Shown here one piece after another: positions 46,302 through 57,022 of a DNA stretch of 64,000 bases (its first letter is position 1; every line of letters starts with the position of its first letter). Location of the stretch: NCBI GenBank assembly GCA_963682135.1, contig OY821645.1, forward strand, positions 2,624,001 to 2,688,000. The letters run 5' to 3'. The notes beneath the pieces were generated by a model. That model was not told the origin of the DNA, searched no databases, and saw only the letters and a list, made by a program, of their open reading frames with translations. Position numbers and translations under genes: made by a program. The DNA is from Methanothrix sp. (GTDB lineage: Archaea; Halobacteriota; Methanosarcinia; Methanotrichales; Methanotrichaceae).

Positions 46302-49300
46302 ATGCAGGTCTTACACACCCTTTGGGACACGGAAACTTTCCATATCTGGGCAGAATCCTCAGCTCTGCCTCTCTCATCTGCTCGTAAGTCAGGCAATCGT
46401 AAGAAGCAGCACCTACCACAGCTTCATCCTTTTGCACTTCCCTGCCTTGAGCTAAAAGACCTTCTCATGCACTCCTTCTCCTGGAGCGGCGAATGCGTTC
46501 GGGTGGAAGCGTTGTCTCTTCGCCTTCCCGCACTTATCTCCGGACCTCTTCCTTCTCCCTGGCTTTTGCGGGAAGACTACCAATCTGAAAAACCATCACT
46601 ATTGGGCACCTTCTCCGTCCCGGCCCTGGGTCTTGCACCAGGACCTGTCCTCGATCTCTTGTTGGAATTGCCCACCAATCCACCTCAGGGTACAGCTTAT
46701 GCCGATTCCCTGCTCTTCTGGTCACAGCTAGCCCTCTTTTCTCTGGAGCTTGTAGCCCGTGAGCAATTTCTGCCCGGCATCGAGAAAAGCAGAGCCATCT
46801 GGAAAGCGGTGATCGATGAGCCGGATCAAGAGCGCCTCAATATCTTCATCCGTTCCTTGTCGCCCAGTTGTCTTAGCCTGTCGCTCCCTGAGCAGGCCAC
46901 CTCCACTCAGCTAGTCCATAGCTTTGTGAATAGCTCTGTGAACACAATTGTGCACAGTGGCCTGGAGGGGGTTAACCTACTACCTGCAAAGCGAGGCCGC
47001 AGGCCAAAGATCGTACCTCTGCCGATTCAATTCCTCTCAGCCCTCACCGTCCAGGAGACTGACCTGTCTGCAACGGCACCGGATCTGGCCGTTTTTTCTT
47101 CAAAGATGGATTGCTGGGTCTCACAAGTCCATCCAAAAATTGAGGATATTCCATTTCGTACCTGCTTTCGCCTGGAAGCTCCTGACAGTGAAAAAGCCGC
47201 CTGGTCTCTTGCCTTCTTCCTCCAGGCCAATGATGACAGAAGCCTACTCGTCCCAGCAAAAGAGGTATGGCAGACCAAATCTCATGCTCTCACCTTCCTC
47301 AAGAAACGGCTTAAAAATCCCCAAGAGCGGCTCCTGGCCGACCTTGGCAAAGCATCCAGGATTGTTCCTCTGATGGAAAAGTGCCTGGAAAGCGCCCGCC
47401 CCACCTGCCTGGAGATGCATACACAAGAAGCCTATTCCTTTCTGCGAGAGTCGGCCCCTCTCCTCAACCAGAATGGCTTCGGGGTTTTGCTGCCCTCCTG
47501 GTGGGAGAAGCCCGGCTCTCGCCTGGGCTTAAAGCTGCAGCTCAAAGGTCCGGTTAAACAGGAAGGCAAGATCGGGTCGGCCTTCTTCGGGCTCGACTCT
47601 CTGGTAAGTTACGACTGGCAGCTCTCCCTGGGTGGCAACATACTCACGAAGGCCGAGTTCGCCGAGCTTTCCCGCCTCAAGATACCACTCATCCAGATAA
47701 GAGGCGAGTGGATGGAGCTTCGCCCCACTGAGATCGAGGCCGCCATTGCATTCTTCCAGAAGAACCAAGAAAGGGAGATGACCCTGGCTGAATCTTTGCG
47801 CCTGGGCAATGCTCTTTCCGGCCAAAAGCTTCCTGATGTTGATTCAACCCTGCCAATTCTAGACGTTCAGGCAGAGGGTCAGATCGAACAAATTCTTAAT
47901 TCTCTAGCCAATCCCGGCAGTCTGGAGGAGATCCAGCCTCCCCGTGAATTTCTGGGGACACTTCGCCCTTACCAGCTGCGGGGCGTCTCTTGGCTGGAAT
48001 ATCTGCAAGGCATAGGCCTGGGAGCCTGTCTGGCAGACGATATGGGTCTGGGAAAGACAGTGGAGCTGATAGCTTTTCTCTTGCGTGAACGAGAACATGA
48101 ATTGGATAAAGAGGGCACTTCCATTGTCCGCCTCCCACCGGCTCTTCTCATTTGCCCCATGTCTGTGGCCGGCAACTGGCAAAAAGAGCTGGAGCGTTTT
48201 GCCCCCAGCCTGCGGGTACTGGTGCATCACGGCCAAAATCGACGCACAGGTCCAGGTTTCCTGCAGGAGGCAGGAGAGAAAGACGTGGTCATCACCACCT
48301 ATGCACTCGCTCAGAGGGATGAGGAAGATCTTTCAGCCATCACCTGGAGTCATGTGATACTGGATGAGGCCCAGAATATAAAGAACCAGAACGCCCGGCA
48401 GACCCAGTCCATAAAACGGCTCTCGTCAGGCCAGAAGATTGCCCTCACCGGAACCCCTGTCGAGAACAGGCTCTCCGAGCTATGGTCCATCATGGACTTT
48501 CTCAATCCAGGCTACCTGGGTTCCTTTCAGTCCTTTTGCAAGAATTTCTCTCATCCAATTGAAAAATACAACAACAAGCGCAGCTCTGAGGCCCTGCGCA
48601 CCATAATTTCGCCTTTTGTACTGCGGCGGCTCAAGACCGATTCAACCATTATCCAGGATCTGCCCGAGAAGATGGAGATGCGGGTCAACTACAACCTAAC
48701 TGCTGAGCAGGCATCGCTTTATGCGGCAGTTGTCGAAGAGATGCTCAGCCGCATAGAATCGCTGGATGGCATAGAGCGAAGAGGTCAGATCCTGGCCGCT
48801 CTAACCAAGCTTAAGCAGATCTGCAATCATCCTGCTCTCTTCTTGCAGGATGGAAGCCTTCTGGCGGGCCGTTCCGGAAAGCTCTCCCGTCTGGAGGAGA
48901 TGCTTTATGAGGTTTTAGCTGGAGGTGATAGTGCCTTGATCTTCACCCAATATGCTGCAATGGGGGCTATGCTCAGACACCATCTTCAGGAGAAGCTGAG
49001 AGTCGAGGCCCTGTTCTTGCATGGAGGGACCTCCCGAAAGCAGAGGGATGATATGGTTTCCAGGTTCCAGGCGGGTGGATCGCCCATATTCATACTCTCT
49101 TTAAAGGCGGGCGGCTCCGGTCTCAACCTGACCGCAGCGAGCCACGTATTTCACTTTGATCGATGGTGGAATCCAGCCGTGGAAAATCAGGCTACCGATC
49201 GCGCCTTTCGTATCGGCCAGAAGAAGAGGGTCTTTGTCCACAAGTTCGTGTGTCTGGGTACTCTGGAAGAAAGAATAGACAAAATGATAGAGCAGAAGAA

Positions 49301-49424
49301 GGCCCTGGCGGAATCGGTAATAGGGACCGGTGAGTCCTGGCTGACTGAGCTTTCCAATGAGGCGCTGAGAGATATGCTCTCCTTGCGACGAGATGCTGTA
49401 AGCGGCGCGGATGATGATAAATGA
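46302..49424 (+). CDS. SNF2-family helicase/ATPase
   Basis: LRPYQ.RG..WL, LADDMGLGKT, LDEAQNIKN, TGTPVENRL, RWWNPAVE.QATDRA.RIGQ. Confidence 0.95.
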   Translation: MQVLHTLWDTETFHIWAESSALPLSSARKSGNRKKQHLPQLHPFALPCLELKDLLMHSFSWSGECVRVEALSLRLPALISGPLPSPWLLREDYQSEKPSLLGTFSVPALGLAPGPVLDLLLELPTNPPQGTAYADSLLFWSQLALFSLELVAREQFLPGIEKSRAIWKAVIDEPDQERLNIFIRSLSPSCLSLSLPEQATSTQLVHSFVNSSVNTIVHSGLEGVNLLPAKRGRRPKIVPLPIQFLSALTVQETDLSATAPDLAVFSSKMDCWVSQVHPKIEDIPFRTCFRLEAPDSEKAAWSLAFFLQANDDRSLLVPAKEVWQTKSHALTFLKKRLKNPQERLLADLGKASRIVPLMEKCLESARPTCLEMHTQEAYSFLRESAPLLNQNGFGVLLPSWWEKPGSRLGLKLQLKGPVKQEGKIGSAFFGLDSLVSYDWQLSLGGNILTKAEFAELSRLKIPLIQIRGEWMELRPTEIEAAIAFFQKNQEREMTLAESLRLGNALSGQKLPDVDSTLPILDVQAEGQIEQILNSLANPGSLEEIQPPREFLGTLRPYQLRGVSWLEYLQGIGLGACLADDMGLGKTVELIAFLLREREHELDKEGTSIVRLPPALLICPMSVAGNWQKELERFAPSLRVLVHHGQNRRTGPGFLQEAGEKDVVITTYALAQRDEEDLSAITWSHVILDEAQNIKNQNARQTQSIKRLSSGQKIALTGTPVENRLSELWSIMDFLNPGYLGSFQSFCKNFSHPIEKYNNKRSSEALRTIISPFVLRRLKTDSTIIQDLPEKMEMRVNYNLTAEQASLYAAVVEEMLSRIESLDGIERRGQILAALTKLKQICNHPALFLQDGSLLAGRSGKLSRLEEMLYEVLAGGDSALIFTQYAAMGAMLRHHLQEKLRVEALFLHGGTSRKQRDDMVSRFQAGGSPIFILSLKAGGSGLNLTAASHVFHFDRWWNPAVENQATDRAFRIGQKKRVFVHKFVCLGTLEERIDKMIEQKKALAESVIGTGESWLTELSNEALRDMLSLRRDAVSGADDDK

Positions 49425-50314
49425 GCCCTTATTGGATGTACTACGAAAAGACTTCGCCAAAGGAGGTCAAGAACGGCCTGAAGGCCAAGAGCAAGCGTGG
49501 CTCTATCGGAGAGACCTGGTGGTCAAAACGCTTTGTAGGCGTTCTCGAGTCCTTCAATCTGGGGGCCAGGCTGACGCGCGGCAGAAGCTATGCCCGAAAA
49601 GGCCAGGTCATCTCCATCGATATTAAGCCCGGAATTGTGCGGGCTCAAGTGCAGGGCTCATTTGCAAAGCCCTATGACGTATCGATAAAACTGCTGCCGC
49701 TATCTTCCGAAGAATGGGAGAGAGCCATAGCTGCCATGGCCTCTAAAGCGGTATTCTCAGCTCGTCTGCTCTCCGGCGAGATGCCGCAAACAATCGAAGA
49801 AGCATTTTCCGATTGCGGCATATCTCTCTTTCCCAGGAAGGGAGCGGATCTGAAAACGGATTGCTCTTGCCCAGATTGGTCCAACCCCTGCAAGCACATA
49901 GCTGCGGTCTATTACCTCCTGGCGGAGCAGTTCGATCGTGATCCTTTTCTCATCTTTAAGCTGCGAGGCAAGTCCCAAGAGGAGATCGTCGAGGCGCTGC
50001 GCAGTTTCCGCTCTTCTCAGGCCGAAGGAGAATCCAAGTCTCCATCTAGCCCTGTTCCGATTTCCGTTTCTCCTGTCGAGAATAAGGTCAGACCTCTGGA
50101 AGAATGCCTGGATTGCTTCTGGCAAAAGGGAAGCGAGCTTGATTTGCTGGAGATCAATCCCAGGAGTCCGATGGTGGAGAGCGCCATCCTAAAAATACTT
50201 GGAGATGCTCCATTCTCAATTGGCCGGGATAATTTGGCTGCCCTGCTAAAACAAGCATATGAAATAGCAGGCAAGTCTGCACTTCAGAGGGCAGAGCGAG
50301 GAAGCGATGATTAA
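49421..50314 (+). CDS. SWIM zinc-finger protein
   Basis: RL.RG.SYA..G.V, CSCPD...PCKH.AAV; ATGA overlap with SNF2 gene. Confidence 0.92.
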   Translation: MSPYWMYYEKTSPKEVKNGLKAKSKRGSIGETWWSKRFVGVLESFNLGARLTRGRSYARKGQVISIDIKPGIVRAQVQGSFAKPYDVSIKLLPLSSEEWERAIAAMASKAVFSARLLSGEMPQTIEEAFSDCGISLFPRKGADLKTDCSCPDWSNPCKHIAAVYYLLAEQFDRDPFLIFKLRGKSQEEIVEALRSFRSSQAEGESKSPSSPVPISVSPVENKVRPLEECLDCFWQKGSELDLLEINPRSPMVESAILKILGDAPFSIGRDNLAALLKQAYEIAGKSALQRAERGSDD

Positions 50315-50439
50315 TGAATTTATATTTTAGAGCAATAATGAACCATTTCACACAAAATCTCCGAGCAGATTATAAATAGTTTGGAGACATTCCTTCATGA
50401 TGCAAATTGCATATTATCGAACTTACAGGAGAGTATGAT

Positions 50440-51135
50440 ATGGGTTTCTTAGATCGTATGAGCACTGTTGTGCAGGCAAAGATGAATAAGATCATGGATA
50501 AGATCGAGGACCCCAGGGAGACCTTGGACGTGTCCTACGAAAAGCAGATTCAGCTCCTGCAGAATGTCAAAAGAGGCGTAGCGGAGGTCGCCACCTCCAA
50601 GAAGAGACTTGATCTGCAAAAGGCCAAGCTGCAGATGAGCCTTGACAAGCTGGACGGTCAGGCCAGGGAAGCATTGCAGGCTGGCCGCGAGGATCTGGCT
50701 CGCCGGGCTCTGGAGAATAAGGCTTCCCTCCAGGCGCAGTTGACAACCTTGGACCAGCAGATCGCCGACCTGCAAGAGCAGCAGCAGAAGCTCATGGATG
50801 CCGAGAGCCGCCTGGCTACCAAGGTAGAGTCCTTCCGCAGCAAGAAGGAGACCATTAAAGCTCAGTATTCTGCAGCAGATGCACAGGTAAAGATCACCGA
50901 GTCCGTGACAGGCATCAGCGAAGAGATGGCCGATGTGGGCATGGCTGTTCAGAGGGCAGAGGCGAAGACAGAGAACATGCACGCTCGCTCGGCTGCCTTA
51001 GACGAGCTTCTCGAGTCTGGAACTCTAACCGATTATTCCGGTGGCGATGATCTAACCCAGGAATTGGCCAAAGTAAAGGCACAGAGCAGCGTCAATGATA
51101 TGCTGGCCAAAATGAAGGAGGAGATGAAGAAATGA
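50440..51135 (+). CDS. pspA: PspA/IM30-family protein
   Basis: MGFLDR....V.AK.N...DK.EDP; A..AL..GREDLAR.AL; coiled coil. Confidence 0.92.
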   Translation: MGFLDRMSTVVQAKMNKIMDKIEDPRETLDVSYEKQIQLLQNVKRGVAEVATSKKRLDLQKAKLQMSLDKLDGQAREALQAGREDLARRALENKASLQAQLTTLDQQIADLQEQQQKLMDAESRLATKVESFRSKKETIKAQYSAADAQVKITESVTGISEEMADVGMAVQRAEAKTENMHARSAALDELLESGTLTDYSGGDDLTQELAKVKAQSSVNDMLAKMKEEMKK

Positions 51136-51410
51136 TCATCAGGATTTTAGGTGACGGGCAGTTTCGCCTGGACGACAATCTTGTAGAAAAGATAAACAAG
51201 ATCGACAACAGGATTGTAGATCATGTCTCCAGGGGCAACAAAGCGGAGTATGCCCGGGATCTGGCTAATTTGATATCCACTATCAAAGAACTAGCAGAGC
51301 CCGTTGATCCCGTGGAGATCCTCCCCTCGGATATCATCATCCCTCCTTCCGATCTCTCCTTTGAGGAGGCAAGGAAGGTGTTCTGCGACGAGGGGCTCAT
51401 CAAAGGCTGA
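51132..51410 (+). CDS. PspA-associated protein PspAA
   Basis: MIIRILGDGQF...PSD.IIPP.DLS.EE......EGLI; overlaps the pspA stop. Confidence 0.8.
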   Translation: MIIRILGDGQFRLDDNLVEKINKIDNRIVDHVSRGNKAEYARDLANLISTIKELAEPVDPVEILPSDIIIPPSDLSFEEARKVFCDEGLIKG

Positions 51411-51466
51411 GCAGCAATGGTGGCAATATCGTCCCGCCATCTGACCCAAACCAGTGGCGGACGACA

Positions 51467-52948
51467 TCATCTGCATATGCTCACCAGTCGACTGACTCCG
51501 TCGCTTGTTATCATGCCTATTAACCTTTGATTGCCATCCACCACCGGAAGAGCCGAGATATTATGCTCATTCATGCGCTTGGCGGCTCGCTCGATTGGAT
51601 CTTCCTGAGCGGAGATGACCACCTTGCGGGTCATTATCTCCTCCAGCAGAGTGTACTTCAAGGCCACAGCCTTGGATACATCCCAGGCGGTGACAATCCC
51701 AACCAGCTTTCCTTCTGCGTTGATTACGGGCAGGTGAGTTACGCCCTCGTTCATCATGATTCCGGCTGCCTCCTCTACGCTGGAGCCCTGTTGGATGGTT
51801 ACTAGCTCTTTGATCATCACATCACCAACTGATCTGCGGGAGAGGAAATTTTGGATGGTATAATTCATCTGCCCGGATTCCAGGAGAAAAGCATCATGCC
51901 CGTAGTTTGATCGGATTGTGCAATGACGCACATCGATATCATTGGCACTGATAGCCTCAGCGATCTCTTTGCACTGGTAAGGCGGATAAAGCCAGTCTGA
52001 GCTAATGGATATGACCAGGAACTTTGTCTTGGCGCCCTTAAAGGCCTCAGCCAAAGAGAGAGTGCCATTCTTTGTCAGGTCGAAGTAGTCTATGGCCTTG
52101 GTGATGTAAAGATAGGAATTGGCATCGAAGCGCTTCACAAAGGCATCACCGTGGTAGCTCAGATAGCTCTCAACCTGAAAGTCCAGAGATGCGAGATCAA
52201 AGCCGAATTCTTTTTTGCCCTGCAAGCGCCGACCGAACTTCTGATGCATGGACTCGTCGCTGAGGTATGTGATATGCCCGATCATCCTGGCCAGAGAGAG
52301 ACCGCGAGCTGGAGGAGTTCGTCCGAAATAGTTGCCATTGTTCCAGTCCGGGTCTGAGGTTATGGCTCTGCGCCCCACCTCATTGAAAGCAATCTGCTGG
52401 GGTGAGGAGTAGGCGCTGGTGGCTATGGGCACGGCGAGACGCACCATCTCCGGGTAGGATATGCACCATTGCAAAACTTGCATTCCGCCAAAGGATCCGC
52501 CAATGACTGCAAATAGCTTATCTATACCTAGGTGATCCAGGAGCCTCTTTTGGACGTCCACCATATCTTTCAGCGTGATGAAGGGAAAGTCCAGGCTGTA
52601 AGGCTTTCCAGTCCTGGGATTAAGAGAGGAGGGACCTGTAGTCCCTTTGCATCCGCCCAGTACATTGGAGCATATGATAAAGAATTTATCGGTATCCAGA
52701 GCTTTACCTGGGCCGATGATAATGTCCCACCAGCCTGGTTTCTCTTCATTCTTATGCCAGCCACCAGCATGAGCGTCTCCGGAGAGAGCGTGGCAGATGA
52801 GGATGGCATTGCTCTTTTCTTTATTCAGAAGGCCATAGGTCTCGTAAGCAACTCTGGCCCCGTCGAGCCGGCCGCCATGCTCCAGGACTATCTCTTCTGG
52901 AATATGATAGCATTGAGTCTCAACTTGGCCCGCAGATTCGCGTTTCAT
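51467..52948 (-). CDS. metX: Homoserine O-acetyltransferase with C-terminal CBS pair
   Basis: CHALSGD.H, GWW...IGPG, GGSFGGM, GHDAFL; CBS motifs LPV....LVGIVT.WD. Confidence 0.92.
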   Translation of the reverse strand: MKRESAGQVETQCYHIPEEIVLEHGGRLDGARVAYETYGLLNKEKSNAILICHALSGDAHAGGWHKNEEKPGWWDIIIGPGKALDTDKFFIICSNVLGGCKGTTGPSSLNPRTGKPYSLDFPFITLKDMVDVQKRLLDHLGIDKLFAVIGGSFGGMQVLQWCISYPEMVRLAVPIATSAYSSPQQIAFNEVGRRAITSDPDWNNGNYFGRTPPARGLSLARMIGHITYLSDESMHQKFGRRLQGKKEFGFDLASLDFQVESYLSYHGDAFVKRFDANSYLYITKAIDYFDLTKNGTLSLAEAFKGAKTKFLVISISSDWLYPPYQCKEIAEAISANDIDVRHCTIRSNYGHDAFLLESGQMNYTIQNFLSRRSVGDVMIKELVTIQQGSSVEEAAGIMMNEGVTHLPVINAEGKLVGIVTAWDVSKAVALKYTLLEEIMTRKVVISAQEDPIERAAKRMNEHNISALPVVDGNQRLIGMITSDGVSRLVSICR

Positions 52949-52963
52949 TTGAAATCTCTCTAA

Positions 52964-53605
52964 TTAAGGATAAACAATCATCTTCAAGGCGGTTTTATCT
53001 GCCGTAACTATGTTATTTTCATCCAGAGGAACCTCTTTAACTATTCCACCGGCAACCTCAACAGCCAGGAATTCTGTGTAATGCACCAGTGAAGAGACAA
53101 TCACGCTGTCACCCTTCTTAACAATGGACTGAGTTATAGCCTGAAATCCTCTACGGGCACCGGGGACGACCCGAGCCTGATCCATGTTCAGGAACTTGGC
53201 CAGATCCTGGTGGAACTCCTCAATTGGAGGACGGGTGATTTTATCGAGCCGGAAGGGCTTTCGGCAGTAGTCGCAGGTAGAGTAACCATCTCCATAAGAT
53301 ATGATGGCCTTGCGCGCCTCGGGCGTAAGCCTGCCCGCCGCCTGGATGGAGTGGATGTTTATGAACTCCTCTTCCCTGGTCCTTGGTTCGAGCTTTCCTA
53401 CCCTGTTGCAGGCTGGTTTGCCTTCACCTTTCTCCAAGTCGGAGATGATGCTCTTAATCCTCGTAATAGTATTGGAAAAGTCCTCTTGCTGCACCTCATC
53501 AAAACCTGCCGGTAGAGATTGCCTGAAGATCTCTCTGATATCCTCCAGGGCAAAGAGTGCCTCATATGTTTTCTGAATCTGTAGACTCTTTATGGATTCG
53601 CTCAC
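52964..53605 (-). pseudogene. pscS: Truncated Sep-tRNA:Cys-tRNA synthase (SepCysS) with N-terminal extension
   Basis: FINI..IQA.GRLT.EARKA...YGDGYS.CD.C, ARV..GAR.G, HYT; stops at 213 aa, before the PLP-lysine region. Confidence 0.82.
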
Positions 53606-54016
53606 CTAATTTGGCCTCCAAAAACCATTATTCTGCATATCCAACAAATTTTCGTCAGTTTGACCCTTGTGAATCGACTTGTCAAAACTCGACGGCTAAC
53701 TTATTTAAGAACTGAGATTGAGGCAAAAATTACCTTGAGCAAGACTATTTCATCTTGCTCTGGGCTCAAGAAAGGTTTCTTCCGGTTATGACGATATTGG
53801 CACATTGCAGGAGTAACGGCGCAAAGAAAGGCATTGGCGGGCGGCTTTGGACTGAATGCCAGGGGCACATTTTTGTGGCTCTGGTGATCATGGCTTTGGC
53901 GACAACCATGATCTCAGGCCTGGCCCTTTCCTGGCACATGAAGACGAGGCCGCTGAGCTGAAAGGTTTGGGAGAGACAATACCTTTGCACAAGAAAATAG
54001 GATCTATTCTTGGCGG

Positions 54017-54244
54017 TTATAGCAGATCTTGCAGCTCTTCTCTGCTAATCCCCGCATCTTCCAGGATCTGAATAAGAGTCCCTCTGGCTACTTCTTGATT
54101 GCTATGGTAAGGAACTGTGACTCTTCTTTTCGTTTCCGGATGGGCAAAGATGTAATGGCTGCCAGTAACTCGCCTCAATACGAATCCATTCTTCTCAAGA
54201 ATCGCTATGATTTTTAGAGGAGAAAGAGATGGCAGCTTAGGCAT
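54017..54244 (-). CDS. hicA: HicA toxin
   Basis: GF...R..GSH..F.H......TVP.H.....GTL..IL..AG. Confidence 0.92.
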   Translation of the reverse strand: MPKLPSLSPLKIIAILEKNGFVLRRVTGSHYIFAHPETKRRVTVPYHSNQEVARGTLIQILEDAGISREELQDLL

Positions 54245-54479
54245 GGGCCTCCACGGTCAGCCTGCATTCGATGAGTTCCTCATCCGTAGGAACAGCCTCG
54301 CCATCTTCGATGAGGCTCTCGACATATCCTGTGATTGCATCCCTAGCCATTTCGATGGCCTCTTCCACGGTCTTCCCGTAAGTGACGCATCCGGGAAGTG
54401 CCGGGACCAGCACGGTATAGCCACCTTCGGGTTCCTTGCGCAGATTAATTCGATAGCTCAGAGTTCTCATGCCTAACAT
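54237..54479 (-). CDS. hicB: HicB antitoxin (short, no DNA-binding domain)
   Basis: EGGY.V.VP.LPGC.T.G.T.EEA..MA.DAI. Confidence 0.92.
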   Translation of the reverse strand: MLGMRTLSYRINLRKEPEGGYTVLVPALPGCVTYGKTVEEAIEMARDAITGYVESLIEDGEAVPTDEELIECRLTVEAHA

Positions 54480-54664
54480 AAACTCTTGATAATGAAATAT
54501 ACCTTGCGGCTATCATGGCATACTCTTAAATGATGGTGGGGTTGGCAGAGGCTCCGCTCGCAAGCGCGGGCGCTTGGGGTCGGGCATGGAATAAAGCCGA
54601 GTAATAGAGCATCTCCATCTTTGCACTTGTTCACTCAGAAGATCGCAAAATTCATTACTTTGCA

Positions 54665-55720
54665 TTGAGATCCCTCATTAAGATGGACAAATTTGCATGT
54701 ATCAGCACGGCCTTTGCGGGAATCGGAACAGCCTATGCAATAAGAAACTATATAAAAACACTGAAGGACTATTTGGAACCGACACTAATTCGCACTAAAC
54801 GAAGGATTCAAAACAGATATTTTGAATACGATATGGATCAGGATGGTGATATTCTGTTATGGAGGGATCTACTGAAAAAAAAGTTCAGCAACCCAACTTC
54901 AAAAATATTAGTGGAACCTGATCGACCTTTGAGAGTTGGTGACATGGTTGAGCTTAATAACGCTAATATCACGAGGTGGGTTCCTCTTTTTCCTGGAAAA
55001 AAATATAGCAATGAAGGCGAAATAATTAGCAAGAAACATGAAACAGAATTTCCGAATTATCACGAATATGGCTTAGAGGAAGAATTGATATCAAGAAACA
55101 ATGCCCAAGTATTATCTGGGTGTGCTACTACCCGAATCTTGCCGTTTAATAAGGAAGTACTGCTATGTGCTTCTGGAGAATTATGTGAAACTGGTATTCC
55201 AATGATTTTAACTGAACGGATGTATTCAGATACACTTCAAAGTATGATTTCAAAGGATGGCGGTGCAAAGGGAAAAATAATAGGAACGTTAGTGGAGCTA
55301 CCTGGTGAATGGAAGGATCGTTTAGATAGAAATTCCACAAATAAATTAGATAAAAATATTTATGGTTTGCCACGTCTATCATTAATAGTAAATCAAATCA
55401 GCCAGCTTGGTACGCCAAGTTTGGTTTTTGCAGATGCTTGGACCCAATTTATCAATTCTGATCTTGGGTATTCATCAATGATAAATTCCCTCTTTAAACC
55501 AACTCTTCTTGATGATATCGATAATTCGATAAATATGCTCGTGAATTACGAAAAATTTCTTGAAAGTAGCTTGATTGGAGGAGATTGGGATATTGATGTA
55601 GAGTTTGATGAGACGAGAAATTGGTTTGCACCTGGTAATTATAAAATTTTTAATCTGAGTGAAGTAGATCTATTTAGGATATACTATATGAATCCGTGGG
55701 GCAGAATGAGAATTTCTTGA
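54665..55720 (+). CDS. AT-rich hypothetical protein
   Basis: 351-aa ORF, visibly AT-richer than neighbours; no family recognised. Confidence 0.6.
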   Translation: MRSLIKMDKFACISTAFAGIGTAYAIRNYIKTLKDYLEPTLIRTKRRIQNRYFEYDMDQDGDILLWRDLLKKKFSNPTSKILVEPDRPLRVGDMVELNNANITRWVPLFPGKKYSNEGEIISKKHETEFPNYHEYGLEEELISRNNAQVLSGCATTRILPFNKEVLLCASGELCETGIPMILTERMYSDTLQSMISKDGGAKGKIIGTLVELPGEWKDRLDRNSTNKLDKNIYGLPRLSLIVNQISQLGTPSLVFADAWTQFINSDLGYSSMINSLFKPTLLDDIDNSINMLVNYEKFLESSLIGGDWDIDVEFDETRNWFAPGNYKIFNLSEVDLFRIYYMNPWGRMRIS

Positions 55721-56024
55721 AAACTCATTATTAATTTTATCGTAATACCCGATGCTCGCATCGGTGATAAAGTGCATACGTATTCAACTTAGGCTTGGTA
55801 TCAATGCATCTTGGTTCCAGCTTCATGCGGCGGTGCCTCGGATGACTACCAGCTTACTGTGTGGGTGTACCGCAGCGGTTTCACTTGCGGATATATTTAA
55901 TATTTTTCCATCATTATTTCTTGAGCCTCTTAGTAGTATTATCATTTTGTCTCCCCCGTCCTTGCCGCAATCCAAACCTTCATTACCCCTTTCCCACCGT
56001 CCATCACAGTTTAGAGACCTCCAG

Positions 56025-56243
56025 ATGACCGCGCCTGCACCAAGCATCGACTACGCCGCCCTGAAGTCCGGCGGCATCATCATGCAAAAGGACGATGATT
56101 TATTCGCCCTACCCCTGCGCCTGCCCGGTGGCTGCATCGCTTCCAACCTTCTCCCAAAAATAGACGAGGTGGCCAAAAAATGCGGTCCGGTGGAAGTTCG
56201 CCTCACCACCAGGGCAGAGATGGAGATTCCCTGGATCAAATGA
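56025..56243 (+). pseudogene. Fragment of a nitrite/sulfite-reductase ferredoxin-like half domain
   Basis: LK.GG...QKD...F...LRLPGG......L..I..VA.K.G..EV.LTTR...EIP.I, then stop at 72 aa. Confidence 0.65.
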
Positions 56244-56557
56244 TGCAAACCTGATCGTGGGCAGAAATGAAAACAAGAACAATATGCTCAGCATGCCGGC
56301 GAAGGTTGGCGATTACCTGTTTGCTCTGGCTAGCATCATCGTTCCGAACGCTGTTGGCAAAGGCTCATTTTCTCCCCACCTCCTGCATCTCGCCTGCCGC
56401 ATTATGGCCCGCTACTCTGACCGATTGGGGGAAAAGAATGCTGATATTTCCTGCCGGAGACTTCCCAAGAGCGATGAGGAGACGATTTGTGAATGATCTG
56501 GTTGTGGCCGATTCGATATATAGAGACTGAGAATGCGGCAAGAAAAAATTATCAGCG

Positions 56558-56854
56558 TCAACTGCCAGCTTGTGCCTCAGACTTGATCCTGATCTCTGAT
56601 TTCATGCGCTCCAGCATGCCCTGTTCCATGTTGGCCTTCTCGCAATGCGACGCCACCTTGGGATTGCAGTTCATCAAGACATCCATGGCCATATTTGCCA
56701 GAGAATTGCATCCGCAATCTTCCAGATCGGACAAGAACAGAGACATGCGATTGGCAAATTCCCGGCATTTCTCATAGTTTGCGATGGCATCGCTATGCAA
56801 TTTGCATAATAATTCGATTTCTTCTTCCTTCTCCGCCCAATTTATATCGTCCAT
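56558..56854 (-). CDS. Small Cys-containing helical hypothetical protein
   Basis: 98-aa ORF with GGAGG RBS, divergent from the tRNA-cysS unit. Confidence 0.6.
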   Translation of the reverse strand: MDDINWAEKEEEIELLCKLHSDAIANYEKCREFANRMSLFLSDLEDCGCNSLANMAMDVLMNCNPKVASHCEKANMEQGMLERMKSEIRIKSEAQAGS

Positions 56855-56949
56855 AGCCCTCCGGCAAGTGAAATAATGATGAACGTCAATTATCTTTGCC
56901 GCAATCTACAGTTATTTGTGCTTCCAGTGAAGATGAATGTATTGGACGT

Positions 56950-57020
56950 GCCGGGGTGACTGACCGGTTAAGTGCGCGGCTGCAGACCGCGAGAATTGGG
57001 TTCGACTCCCAACCCCGGCC
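56950..57020 (+). tRNA. tRNA-Cys(GCA) or tRNA-Cys-like element (atypical C73, C15/A48)
   Basis: GCCGGGG/CCCCGGC acceptor; ACT/AGT D stem; CGCGG-CT GCA GA-CCGCG; TTGGG-TTCGACT-CCCAA. Confidence 0.85.
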
Positions 57021-57022
57021 TT

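Noticed and set aside
56972-57022. GTG-started N-terminal extension of CysRS in the ORF track
   Set aside because: Lies inside the tRNA cloverleaf; CysRS homology begins at ATG 57023
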